Positions 28,345 to 37,936 of a stretch of 64,000 nucleotides of DNA are shown here, one piece after another; positions within the stretch are counted from its first letter, which is position 1; every line of letters begins with the position of its first letter. Position numbers and translations under genes: made by a program. Below the pieces are notes generated by a model, which saw only the letters and a list, made by a program, of their open reading frames with translations, had not been told where the DNA came from and ran no database searches. This stretch comes from an uncultured delta proteobacterium (GTDB taxonomy: Bacteria > Desulfobacterota > Binatia > Binatales > Binataceae): assembly GCA_963794325.1 (NCBI GenBank), contig CAWCDG010000004.1:1824001-1888000 (forward strand). Reading direction: 5' to 3'.

Positions 28345-28489
28345 CCTTGTGTCATTCAGAGCGAAAGTTGCTGTAGCGAAGAATCCCGGATTTGACGACG
28401 AAGAAATGCTCGCATGCGTCACGGTTGGGATGCGTCGGCAAGCATCCAAAAGATCCGGGATTCTTCGCTGCGCTCTGAATGACACAAGG
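28345..28489. repeat. Family C inverted doublet (REPIN-like)
   Basis: CCTTGTGTCATTCAGAGCG..AGCGAAGAATCCCGGAT pairs with ATCCGGGATTCTTCGCT-GCGCTCTGAATGACACAAGG. Confidence 0.85.
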
Positions 28490-28700
28490 AAGGTTCGCCG
28501 GATTTCGCCTTTCTCTATCAGCTTACAGGGAGCGGGGAAGAGCCTCTGCCAGTTACGAAACGCCTCCCTGGCAGGGTAGAGGCCAGAATCCGGGCGGGGC
28601 TCAAATTTCTGTCATTTTGGACGGTAATACGATCAGGTTCGTTCTTTTCGTAACAGTGCGAAGGTAGCGCGCACGACCCTGAAGCCACTAAACATGGATC

Positions 28701-28991
28701 ATGATGAAAACGAGAACTCTAGCGACAGTGTTGGTTCTGATTTGCTCGATGCTTCTGGCGCCCAGCTTGGTTCGGGCCGATCAGGATGATTGGTACCAGG
28801 GACGCAAGGGCCAATGGGTCCAACAACAGAACGCATGGCGGTTCCGCGACACCGATGGCAACGTTTACCGCAAGCACGGCAACAGCTGGAGCTGGTACAA
28901 CGGGCGTCATCACAGCGCGGAGGGCACCGCCTACCACAATCGCGCGCCTGGCGACAATCAGACCTACAACCAGTACAAGAACACTCACTAA
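28701..28991 (+). CDS. Small secreted Trp/Gln/Asn-rich protein (one repeat unit)
   Basis: Signal peptide ending VRA; paralog of the downstream gene. Confidence 0.85.
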   Translation: MMKTRTLATVLVLICSMLLAPSLVRADQDDWYQGRKGQWVQQQNAWRFRDTDGNVYRKHGNSWSWYNGRHHSAEGTAYHNRAPGDNQTYNQYKNTH

Positions 28992-29072
28992 GGCAAAGAT
29001 CCGGCCAACCGCGCTGGCCGGACTCGAGGGGTTCCGGGTAAACGACCGTCAATCGCGGTCCAAGGAAAAGCT

Positions 29073-29492
29073 ATGAAAACGAAAACCCTGGCAATCGTTA
29101 TGGTTCTGATCGGTTCATTTGTGCTGGCGCCCAGCCTGCTCAGAGCCGACCAAGACCAGTGGTACCAAGGCCGCAAGGGCCAATGGGTTCAACACCAAAA
29201 CGCATGGCAATTCCGCGACCTCGACGGCAACGAATACCGGAATTCCGGAAATGCATGGGGATGGTTCCGCGGCGCCACTCCATACAATGACTGGTACCAG
29301 GGCCGTCAAGGTCAATGGATTCAACGCCAAAACGCATGGCAGTTCCGCGACATGGATGGCAACGAATACCGGCAGCACGGCAATAGCTGGGCTTGGTACA
29401 ACGGGCGTCATCACAGCGAGGAGGGCGCGGCCTACCACAATCGTCCAGCCGGCAACAATCAGACCTACGACCAGTACAAGAACACCCACTAG
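29073..29492 (+). CDS. Small secreted Trp/Gln/Asn-rich protein (two ~44-aa repeat units)
   Basis: Signal peptide ending LRA; WYQGRxGQWxQxQNAWQFRDxDGNEYR occurs twice; SD AAGGA. Confidence 0.88.
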   Translation: MKTKTLAIVMVLIGSFVLAPSLLRADQDQWYQGRKGQWVQHQNAWQFRDLDGNEYRNSGNAWGWFRGATPYNDWYQGRQGQWIQRQNAWQFRDMDGNEYRQHGNSWAWYNGRHHSEEGAAYHNRPAGNNQTYDQYKNTH

Positions 29493-29513
29493 GCCAATAC
29501 GATCAATCGCGCG

Positions 29514-29544
29514 GGCCTGACTCGTCTCCACCACGAGTCAGGCC
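29514..29544. terminator. Hairpin between convergent genes
   Basis: GGCCTGACTCGT-CTCCACC-ACGAGTCAGGCC, no clear U-tract. Confidence 0.5.
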
Positions 29545-29564
29545 ACGCGCTGTTCCATTCCCGC

Positions 29565-31331
29565 CTACCAGCCAATCACTTGCGCAGGCATCACCGGAGC
29601 GGCTTGTCCGCGCGGATCGGCGCCGCCTGCCAGGACGCCAGTCTTGGTGTTGATTTGTACGCCGAGCACATGGCCCTCGGACCACGGCGGGCGGACTTCT
29701 ATCTTATGGCCGCGTGCGGCTAGCGCATCGCGCACGTTTGTGGAGATTCGATCCTCGATGCGCAGCACGCCGGGGTGATTGTCGTGGGGATAGAACGTCG
29801 AGGGGAAGTGCGGCGTCGAGAATTTGGGCGCTTCGATCGCGGATTGCAAATCCATCCCGAAGTCCACGACGTTGAGGAAGAATTGCAGCGTCCATTGATC
29901 TTGCTGGTCGCCGCCGGGAGTGCCGAATGCGAGCCAGGGCTCGCCGTTATGCATCGCGAGCGACGGCGACAGCGTGGTGCGCGGGCGCTTGCCGGGCGCG
30001 AGCGCATTTGGATGGCGCTCGTCGAGATAGAAAGTCTGCATCCGGGTTCCGAGCGGAAAGCCGAGCGCGTCGATCACCGGCGAGCTGGGAATCCACCCGC
30101 CGCTCGCCGTGACCGCAATCATGTTGCCGTCGCGGTCGGCGGCAGTGACGTGAATCGTGCCTGCGCCCCATGGACGTGCGCCGACCGCGGGAGCGTCGCG
30201 CAGCGCGCGCATCGCAATCGGATCGCCGGGGCGTTGATCCATCGAGGCATGCTGCGAGTCGATAAGCTCGCGGCGAATCGCGGCATAACGATCGCTCAGC
30301 AGTGCTTGAAGCGGAACGTCGATGAATTCCGGATCGCCGTAGTACGCCTCGCGATCGGCGAACGAGAGCTTCGCGGACTCGATGACGGCGTGGATGTAGT
30401 CGGCGGAGTTGTGGGCCATCGCGGCGAGGTCGAAACCTTCGAGTAACTTGAGCTGCTGCAAAAATACCGGCCCTTGCGACCATGGCCCGCATTTGAAAAC
30501 AGTGACGCCGCGATAGTCCGCGCTTGCCGGCGATTCGAGGCGCGTCGTGAAACGCTCGAGGTCCGAGGCGGCGAGCAGGCCGCCGTTGGCGTCGGACCAT
30601 GCGACGATCTCGCGAGCGATGTCGCCGCAATAGAAGCGCTCGCGCGCAGCATCGAGGCCACTCTCGCGGCCCTGATTTTTCGCAGATGATTCCGCATCGA
30701 GCAGGCGCTCGAAAAATTTTGCAAGCGCGGGATTCTTGAGCACGCTCCCCGGCAGCGGAACTTTGCCATCGGGCAGATAGACGCGCCCCGACGACGGCCA
30801 CTTGGTGAGGAACCGCTTCGCGTTGCTGCGGAGCGACGCCCCAGCTCCCGCGACGGCTTCATCGGGAAGGTTGGGATCGCCCGACAACCCGACGTGCATC
30901 GGGAAACCGTCGCTCGCAAGTTGAAGCGCCGGCTCGAGCACGTCGGCGAGCGACTTGGTTCCGAAATCGCGCAGTGCAGTCACGAGTGCGTCGAAGGCTG
31001 CGGGCACGCCGGCGGCAAGCAATCCGGCACCGGGGATCAGCTCGATTCCCAGCGACCGGTAGTGGCCAATCGTCGCGCGCTGGGGCGCCATCATATTGCC
31101 GTTGATGGCGATAACGCGGCGGGCAGTTGCCGAGTAAATCAGCATCGGCGCCTCGCCACCGATTGTGTGCATATGCGGGTTGACGACGCCCTCGACGAAT
31201 GTTGCAGCGATGGCAGCGTCGATAGCATTGCCGCCACAAGCGAACACTCGTGCACCGGCCGAGGCAGAAAGGTAATGCTCCGTTGCAAGAATTGCGCGGC
31301 GGCCCATTATGAGCGGATATAGAGTGGGCAT
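29565..31331 (-). CDS. ggt: Gamma-glutamyltransferase family protein
   Basis: GNAIDAAIA, GTIH nucleophile Thr, PGKRPRTTLSP, FGTPGGDQQDQ, GADPR. Confidence 0.93.
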   Translation of the reverse strand: MPTLYPLIMGRRAILATEHYLSASAGARVFACGGNAIDAAIAATFVEGVVNPHMHTIGGEAPMLIYSATARRVIAINGNMMAPQRATIGHYRSLGIELIPGAGLLAAGVPAAFDALVTALRDFGTKSLADVLEPALQLASDGFPMHVGLSGDPNLPDEAVAGAGASLRSNAKRFLTKWPSSGRVYLPDGKVPLPGSVLKNPALAKFFERLLDAESSAKNQGRESGLDAARERFYCGDIAREIVAWSDANGGLLAASDLERFTTRLESPASADYRGVTVFKCGPWSQGPVFLQQLKLLEGFDLAAMAHNSADYIHAVIESAKLSFADREAYYGDPEFIDVPLQALLSDRYAAIRRELIDSQHASMDQRPGDPIAMRALRDAPAVGARPWGAGTIHVTAADRDGNMIAVTASGGWIPSSPVIDALGFPLGTRMQTFYLDERHPNALAPGKRPRTTLSPSLAMHNGEPWLAFGTPGGDQQDQWTLQFFLNVVDFGMDLQSAIEAPKFSTPHFPSTFYPHDNHPGVLRIEDRISTNVRDALAARGHKIEVRPPWSEGHVLGVQINTKTGVLAGGADPRGQAAPVMPAQVIGW

Positions 31332-31685
31332 ATTGTAATTTTTTCCTACGGAGAACCTTTTTCTACACGGTCATCAGAACCGCGATTCTTCGCAATTTGT
31401 TTTCGGCGAACCAATTCTCTGACTATCACGACCCGAATTTGGCAAAAACCCACCTGTATTCGGGCATTGTTCCTTCCTCGCAAATGAGTGAGAGAGGACC
31501 CAAGCTCATCCCCAAATTCCGCCTGCCGGATTGTAAAATCGCGTATCTAATGGGTTTTCCACAGCTCTGGACAAATGAAACGAGATGGTTCTCCAGACGT
31601 CTAAACCTTAGGCCCGAAGCTTGCTACAATACAGTCGAGGTTGATGTGGCCGGAATTTACCGGGAAGAAGTGGAGGGGTAAAAAT

Positions 31686-31892
31686 ATGATGACAAGCCTT
31701 AACACGGAAGAACTGATCGGAAAGCATTGCAAGCTGCAGAAACCGGTGCGCGACCATGAGGGGCGCAGTCGATTCAGCGAACAGCCACGCATCCTGCGTG
31801 CAGTAAATAATCTGGACCGGCGCATGTACCTGGTGCAATTCGACGACGGCGCCACCACGTTTCTCTTTCCGGACGAAGTAGTAATCCAGTAG
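31686..31892 (+). CDS. Small hypothetical protein (possible SH3-like barrel)
   Basis: SD GGAGG, 68 aa, YLVQFDDGATTFLFPDEV. Confidence 0.7.
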   Translation: MMTSLNTEELIGKHCKLQKPVRDHEGRSRFSEQPRILRAVNNLDRRMYLVQFDDGATTFLFPDEVVIQ

Positions 31893-32000
31893 CGAATGAA
31901 CGGCGCTAGACGCCGTTCATGAGCGATGGATTCGCGCGTAAGCGCGTCACCGTCGAATGGACCTCGACGGCAGGCGGTCGCAGAGATCGCATCGCTCGAT

Positions 32001-32468
32001 CTACCGCTTGGTTTCATACCGCGCCCGCAGGTCGTGACCCTCAGTCTGAACTTTGCGCCAGTAACCCCACGGATAGTGCACTAGCTCCAGCTTCATCCCG
32101 TCGGGATCGGCGAAGAACACCGCATAATAATTTTCGCCATAGTGCGGATACTCGGCGGGAGTATCGAGCACGGTAATTCTCTCGCCTACCAGGAAATCGT
32201 GGAACACGTCGATGTCGTCGCGCGAGCGTGCTCGCAGCGCGAGATGATGAAGTCCGACGCGGTAGCGGTCGAATTGTGCGTCGCGGTGCACGCCTGACGC
32301 CTCGCGAATCGCAATCGTCATCTGCGCATTCGCCCAGTGGATGTAACCTTCGCCCTCGAATTTTTTAAATCCGAGTTGGCCGAGAACCTTGTCGTAGAAC
32401 GCGCGCGACCGCGCGACATCGTTGACCGTCAGATCGATATGCTCGACACCTAATACTTCGATTGGCAT
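32001..32468 (-). CDS. VOC/glyoxalase family protein
   Basis: HIDLTV, GLHHLAL, YYAVFFADPDGMKLE. Confidence 0.92.
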   Translation of the reverse strand: MPIEVLGVEHIDLTVNDVARSRAFYDKVLGQLGFKKFEGEGYIHWANAQMTIAIREASGVHRDAQFDRYRVGLHHLALRARSRDDIDVFHDFLVGERITVLDTPAEYPHYGENYYAVFFADPDGMKLELVHYPWGYWRKVQTEGHDLRARYETKR

Positions 32469-32481
32469 AGATTGGGCCTCC

Positions 32482-33015
32482 CTAACCGCGGCGTTCTTGT
32501 TCCAGGAAGTCGCGGGCGCGATAAAGCGCGACGATTGATTTCGCATCGACAATTTCGCCGCGACCAATCATCACGAAGGTTTCCTCGAAGGGCACGCGGC
32601 TGACGCTGAGCACCTCGTCGTGATCGAGTGCGCCCATTCCCTCTGACAATTCGCGCGCGAGATACAGCTCGATTCGCTCGTCGCAGAAGCTTGGCACCGT
32701 GATGATCGATCCAAGATGGTCCCATCGCGAGGCGGCGAGGCTCGCTTCCTCACCGAGCTCGCGCCGTGCACACGCGAGCGAGTCCTCGCCACTGTTGCGG
32801 CATCCCGCGGGAATCTCGCGCATCCAGCCGCCGATGGTGTGACGATATTGACGCAGCATCGCCACCGTCAGGTCGGGATACAGCGCGACGATCGCGCTTG
32901 CACCCGGATGACGGATGACCGGGAGATCGACCTGCACGCCAGTGGGCAGCGTCGCGCTCTCGACCCCGAAATCAACCACACCCAACTTTAGAACTGGCCG
33001 GCGATTTGAAGACAT
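32482..33015 (-). CDS. NUDIX hydrolase (ADP-ribose pyrophosphatase-like)
   Basis: HPGAS, RQYR, Nudix box EIPAG..E..CARRELGEE, IVDAKS. Confidence 0.9.
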   Translation of the reverse strand: MSSNRRPVLKLGVVDFGVESATLPTGVQVDLPVIRHPGASAIVALYPDLTVAMLRQYRHTIGGWMREIPAGCRNSGEDSLACARRELGEEASLAASRWDHLGSIITVPSFCDERIELYLARELSEGMGALDHDEVLSVSRVPFEETFVMIGRGEIVDAKSIVALYRARDFLEQERRG

Positions 33016-33103
33016 CGTCAATCCAGAATGTGCGCGGCGCGCGACTCACGCAAGCCGCTACGGTGCAACTTCGATCCTTCCAGCGCGGCGCGCTGTGCGA
33101 CAG

Positions 33104-35179
33104 TCACTTATCGAAATTGAGCTTCTTCAGCAGGGCGATGTAGCGCGGGTCTTTTCGCAGCGGGTCGAAAATCCGGTCCATCTTGAGCCAGCATTGCCAC
33201 TGCGAGTGCGCTGAATGTGCTTGTTCAAGGTAGTCCATCGCGCGGGCGTCATCGCCCATCCCAAGATAGATGATCGCCAGGTTGAAGGGCGGAATGTAGC
33301 CGTGCAGTGACATTTTGTTCTGCTCGTCGATTTGCGCGAGTGCCTGGGCGCGGTCGCCTGAGGCTCCATACGCATAGCCGAGCCAGGCGGCGGCGAACGT
33401 CGGCGCTTGCATCGAGGCCGACGTACGCAAATGTGGGATGGCGTCTTTGGCGTTGCCTTGTTCGAGATCGATCCACCCGGGCATGAATGGAGAAAAGAAG
33501 AAAGTCGAATCGAGATCTGCGGCGCGGCGGGCCTGCTCCAAGGCCCCCGGGTAATCACCTCTCCACGCAAACGCGAAGGCCGCATCGACTGGAATTTGGG
33601 GTGACAACGGGTCCAGTTCGGCGGCGCGCTTGCCTTCGGCGACCGCTTCGTCGAGCCGTCCCTGGAAGGCGAGCATTAGTCCAAACTGATCATGAGCGAA
33701 CGCATAGCTTGGATTAAGTGCTAGTGCGCGCCGAAACTCCTTTTCAGAGCCCGCCCAATCGAATTCATAGAAGGCATCGAATACGGCGAGCGAGGTGTGA
33801 GCTTCGGCGGAATTGTCGTCGAGCCGGAGAGCTCTCTCTGCTGCGGCTTTCGACTTCGGCATGGCGGCTGCGGACGTGATGATACTTTCGTTGTAGCCCG
33901 CCCACATCACAGCGTCTGACAATCCCGAGTATGCAGGCGCAAAGTTCGGATCGAGCCGGACAGCTTCCTCGAAGTCCGCGATCGCCTTCTTGAGATTCTC
34001 GTCATTCGGGCGGCTAAAGAAGTAGCGGCCTTTCAGGTAGGCGTCGTGCGCCTCGGGATTCACAGTCGGGGCGCTCGACAGGCGCGCCTGCTCGTTGGGC
34101 GTCAGTTGCACTTCGATCTCTTTCGCGATTGCCGAGGCCACCTCATCCTGCAGCGCCAGCACGTCTTTGGAGTCGCGCTCATAGCTCTTGGCCCACAGAT
34201 GCTTGTCGGCGGGCGCATCGATCAACTGGGCAGTGATGCGGACTTTGTCGCCAATCCGCAGCACCGAGCCTTCCACGACCGCATCGACGTTGAGCAGCTT
34301 GGCGATCTGCGGGGTCGGCGGGCGATGATCGCCCTTGAACTGCATCACCGAGCCGCGCGAGATCACGCGCAGCTGGCTTATGCTCGCGAGATCGGTCGTC
34401 AGTTCGTCGGTCATGCCGTCGGCGAAGTATTCCTGATTCGGATCGCCCGAGTAGTTGTCGAGCGGCAGCACCGCGATCGATCGGATGACATGGGGACCGC
34501 CGACCGACGCGGTGGTGGCGATCGGTGCGGAAGGCTTGCGCATCGCCAGGAAATATACGAGCGCCCCCATAGCGATCGCGCCGACGGCTGCCAGAGCTAC
34601 CCGGCGCATGCGGGCGCTGGTCAGGATTGAAGGTGCGCCCGCGTCCGTGGAATCGGGAGCCTCCGAAAGAACGTACACGCCGATCGGACGGCTTACGTTC
34701 TTAAGATGCTTCTGGCCCAGGTTCTTCGCGACCATCCCGGGCTTGTTGCGGATCTCGTCGTAAACGGTCGCTGAGACGCAAATCGAGCCGGGAACCGCGA
34801 GCGCGTGGATGCGTGACGCGATGTTGACGCCGTCGCCCCACGCGTTGTCGTCGGTGAACAGCACGTCACCGAGGTGGATGCCGATGCGTAACTGGAGGTC
34901 GGGCGAGTCCTTGAGCGCGGCCTGAGCCTGGCGGGCGCAATTCACCGCGTCCGATGCGCTATGGAAGCTGGTAAGAGTGCCGTCGCCGATTTCGCCGAGC
35001 ATTCTGCCATTGAACTTCGGCAACAGCATTCTGAGCAGCGCGCGATGCTCCGCCAACGCGCGCATCGCGCGCGCCTCGTCGCGGCCCATTATCGCAGTGT
35101 ACCCGGCGATATCGCTGAACATGATCGCGGCCAGCTCGCGTTTGGGGGCCGTCGCCTGCGTATCAGGAGGAGTCGCCAT
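33104..35179 (-). CDS. Class III cyclase + TM + TolB-N-like + TPR protein
   Basis: FSDIAGYT, IGDG, VNIASRI; TM helix; SIAVLPLDN..EYFADGMTDEL; TPRs. Confidence 0.92.
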   Translation of the reverse strand: MATPPDTQATAPKRELAAIMFSDIAGYTAIMGRDEARAMRALAEHRALLRMLLPKFNGRMLGEIGDGTLTSFHSASDAVNCARQAQAALKDSPDLQLRIGIHLGDVLFTDDNAWGDGVNIASRIHALAVPGSICVSATVYDEIRNKPGMVAKNLGQKHLKNVSRPIGVYVLSEAPDSTDAGAPSILTSARMRRVALAAVGAIAMGALVYFLAMRKPSAPIATTASVGGPHVIRSIAVLPLDNYSGDPNQEYFADGMTDELTTDLASISQLRVISRGSVMQFKGDHRPPTPQIAKLLNVDAVVEGSVLRIGDKVRITAQLIDAPADKHLWAKSYERDSKDVLALQDEVASAIAKEIEVQLTPNEQARLSSAPTVNPEAHDAYLKGRYFFSRPNDENLKKAIADFEEAVRLDPNFAPAYSGLSDAVMWAGYNESIITSAAAMPKSKAAAERALRLDDNSAEAHTSLAVFDAFYEFDWAGSEKEFRRALALNPSYAFAHDQFGLMLAFQGRLDEAVAEGKRAAELDPLSPQIPVDAAFAFAWRGDYPGALEQARRAADLDSTFFFSPFMPGWIDLEQGNAKDAIPHLRTSASMQAPTFAAAWLGYAYGASGDRAQALAQIDEQNKMSLHGYIPPFNLAIIYLGMGDDARAMDYLEQAHSAHSQWQCWLKMDRIFDPLRKDPRYIALLKKLNFDK

Positions 35180-35332
35180 TCAGAGGTTTGATCGATCGCC
35201 CCCCGGACCAGGCGATGACAGCGCAATAGTACAGGGTTGACACCGCGGCGCGAAACGCCAATGCCGCTCATACGGAGCGCGGGCTTCAATTGCAGGGAAC
35301 GCCAGAACCGGCGATTATCGAAGACAGCTATC

Positions 35333-35939
35333 ATGAGCCGGCTGCGCATTCCGATTTTTTTCGATTACGCCTCGACGCTTTGCTACATCGCATGGCGAAT
35401 CGTCACGCCGCTCGAAGACGAGCTCGGCTTCGAGGCGCTGTGGAAGGGCGTGCCGATCGCGACGCGCGATTTCCGCACCAAGCCCGGCCGCGTACTGGGC
35501 GAGCGCGAGCGGCAGAAAGTGCTGTTCGTCGCGGCGGAGACCGGGATTCGCGTCGCGCCGCCGTCGAGCTGGATCGATTCGGTTCCCGCGTTGCAAGGAT
35601 CGGAAATCGCACGCGATGCTGGCGTCTTCCGGGCATATCACGATGCGGTCTTTCGCGCCGCATTCGACGATGGCGCGGATATCGCGGATGCCAAAGTGCT
35701 CGACGCGATTGCGGAGCGCGCCGGCCTCGATCGGCTGAAGTTCCGCGCAGCGCTCGATAGCGGTGCGATGGCGTCGCGCCTCGACGATCACAAGCGCGAG
35801 GCCGACGAATTTTCCGCTCTCGGGCTACCCGACCTTCATCCTTGGCGACTTTCCGATGATCGGAATCCAGCCCGTCGAATCGATGCGCTTGCTACTCGGC
35901 CGCTTCATCCGCCAGCGCGCGGAAGAACCTCAAGCGTAG
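35333..35939 (+). pseudogene. DsbA/FrnE-like thioredoxin-fold protein with a one-base frameshift at 35822-35824
   Basis: FFDYASTLCY N-terminus. Removing one G from CTCGGGCTAC restores [28 protein letters not shown]...QA-TAG(35939). Confidence 0.75.
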
Positions 35940-36668
35940 CTAGGCTCGCGCGCATATCATCATAAACGTCGGGCGGCGGCTTTCCTCGCGAAGTTCGGGA
36001 CGCTCGCGAATCGCGTCCGCAGTCGCCTCGGGCTCGAGCAGCCGCACAATCGTGAAGCCATTGTCTATCAGCGTGTTCACGTAGGTCTCGACCGAGCGAT
36101 GGTACTTGATGACGTCGTCGGTGATCCATTGCGTGTGGCGAATTCCCTCGAACTTGTAGTTGTCGATCTCCCAATGTTGACCTTCATCCTTGCCGGCGAG
36201 GTACGCGCCGACCGGATACGCAGTTACCATCGGGTGCTCGACGGAAAACACGAACGCGCCTCCCGCGACCAGCCATGATTTCACGTTCGCGCAGATCGAC
36301 GCGTAGCGCTCGACATAATGAAGCGCGAGCGAGCTGACAACGACGTCGAAGCTGGCCGGCGCGAAGCTTAGATCCTCCAGCGCGGACTGGAGATAGTTGA
36401 TGCGCGGATCGGTGGTATCGTCGCGCGCCTTCGCGAGCATCTTCGTCGAGATGTCGACTCCGACTACGCTCGCAGCGCCTTGCTCGATTACATAACGGCA
36501 CATCTTGCCGAAGCCGCAGCCGAGGTCGAGCACCCGCTTGTTCGCGAGCGGCAAGATCAGCGAGCGCATCGCGGGCTGGTCCACCGCCATGTTGAGACCG
36601 CTCTCATGGCGGCGCAGTTGGCTGTAGCCCTCGAAGAATCGCGCGTCGTCGTAAATATTTTGCTTCAT
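35940..36668 (-). CDS. Class I SAM-dependent methyltransferase
   Basis: VLDLGCGFG, GVDIS, SSLALHYV, FSVEHP, KYHR. Confidence 0.92.
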   Translation of the reverse strand: MKQNIYDDARFFEGYSQLRRHESGLNMAVDQPAMRSLILPLANKRVLDLGCGFGKMCRYVIEQGAASVVGVDISTKMLAKARDDTTDPRINYLQSALEDLSFAPASFDVVVSSLALHYVERYASICANVKSWLVAGGAFVFSVEHPMVTAYPVGAYLAGKDEGQHWEIDNYKFEGIRHTQWITDDVIKYHRSVETYVNTLIDNGFTIVRLLEPEATADAIRERPELREESRRPTFMMICARA

Positions 36669-36693
36669 GGGTGAATCGAAGCCGTCGCAAGAA

Positions 36694-37530
36694 CTAGCGC
36701 GCGAGGAACACCGGGCACGGCGAGTTGCGCAGCACGAACTCGGTGGTCGATCCGAGTACCATCTCGATGATCCTGCTGTGGCCGTAGGCGCCGATGAACA
36801 GCAGGTCGGCGTCGTACTCCTTGAGGAACTTCACGATTTCCTCGTTGGCGTGGCCCTGCAGCAGCTTGAAGTCGGCCTTGGGCGTGTAATTCTCGAAGTA
36901 GGTGCGCGCCTCGGCCAGCGTCCGCTCTCCCAACTTGGGATCGCGAGCGCAAGTAATGACGGTGATCGGAACGCCGAGGCCGTTGGCGACTTCCGCTGCC
37001 GAGCGCATCGCGCGCGACGCACGTTCGCTGCCGTCGTAGGCCAGCACGGGACGTTTGATCTCGCGAAATTTATTCGGCGAGATGAACACCTGGCGCGGAG
37101 ATTTCCGCGCGACGCTTTCCGCGGTCGATCCCAGCAGTCCGGTCGAGAATTTTTCGTTGACCCCGCGATGCCCGATCATCACGAGATCGGCGCTGCGCGC
37201 TCGATCGCAAATCTGGTTGGCGACGATCCCCATGTCGAGCACGGTCTCGACCGCCAGATTCTCGCGGCGCGCGGCGGCGGCAAATTCGTCGAGCACGCCA
37301 CGGCCGCGGGCGGTCAGCACCTCGCGCATCTTGGACGAGAAATCCAGATATGGTTCCAGCCCCAGCGAACCTGATATATCATGGAAAAACGAGCCTTCGA
37401 TCGACACGATATCGACGACATGCAATCCAATCAGCGAAGCATTGAAAACGCGCCCAAAGTAGAAGGCGTAGGCTTGCGCGTTGCGGGAGTGATCGGAGGT
37501 GTCGATGCCGACAAGGATTTTCTTGATCAA
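36694..37530 (-). CDS. Universal stress protein (tandem USP domains)
   Basis: ILVGIDTS, MIGHRG..LLGST, LAYDGS, GAYGHS..LGSTT. Confidence 0.93.
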   Translation of the reverse strand: MIKKILVGIDTSDHSRNAQAYAFYFGRVFNASLIGLHVVDIVSIEGSFFHDISGSLGLEPYLDFSSKMREVLTARGRGVLDEFAAAARRENLAVETVLDMGIVANQICDRARSADLVMIGHRGVNEKFSTGLLGSTAESVARKSPRQVFISPNKFREIKRPVLAYDGSERASRAMRSAAEVANGLGVPITVITCARDPKLGERTLAEARTYFENYTPKADFKLLQGHANEEIVKFLKEYDADLLFIGAYGHSRIIEMVLGSTTEFVLRNSPCPVFLAR

Positions 37531-37634
37531 GCGCGTAACCTCCGCGTTAGGTATCGCGATAACATGCCGCGCGGTTGTGCCTCAAGAGGCAGCGCTATCG
37601 CAACCGAACTCGATTGCTCGGAGATGCAGGTGAG

Positions 37635-37928
37635 ATGAGCGAACTTAGCGAAGCGCGGATGATGAGAATCGTGGACGAGCTGGCCGAGGCTGCGCAGCGC
37701 GTCGGGCTCGAAGTCCGTCGCGAGAAGATCATGCGCGAAATCGGCTACCGGACCCGCGGTGGCGCATGCCGCCTGCGCGACAAGAACCTGGTCATCATAG
37801 ATCGCGATCAGCCCGCGGCGGAGCAGCTCGAAGTGATCGCCGAAGCGCTGCGCTCGCGCGATCTCGAATCCTTATACCTGTCTCCGGCGGCGCGGCGCGT
37901 CGTCCATCTCGGAGACGCCTCAACCTGA
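37635..37928 (+). CDS. Conserved hypothetical protein
   Basis: LGLEVRRE-like segment, RGGACRL, LYLSPAAR; SD AGGTG; directly upstream of the Fur-family gene. Confidence 0.72.
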   Translation: MSELSEARMMRIVDELAEAAQRVGLEVRREKIMREIGYRTRGGACRLRDKNLVIIDRDQPAAEQLEVIAEALRSRDLESLYLSPAARRVVHLGDAST

Positions 37929-37936
37929 GTGCCGAG

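Noticed and set aside
28246-28667. Short ORFs downstream of acr3
   Set aside because: They translate through the family C inverted repeat and show no coding signals.
28701-29492. CRISPR array suggested by repeated DNA
   Set aside because: The repeats are in-frame coding duplications with no constant repeat/unique spacer periodicity and no cas genes.
31332-31685. Replication origin
   Set aside because: Only two imperfect DnaA-like boxes, no DUE repeats and no dnaA/dnaN/gidA context.
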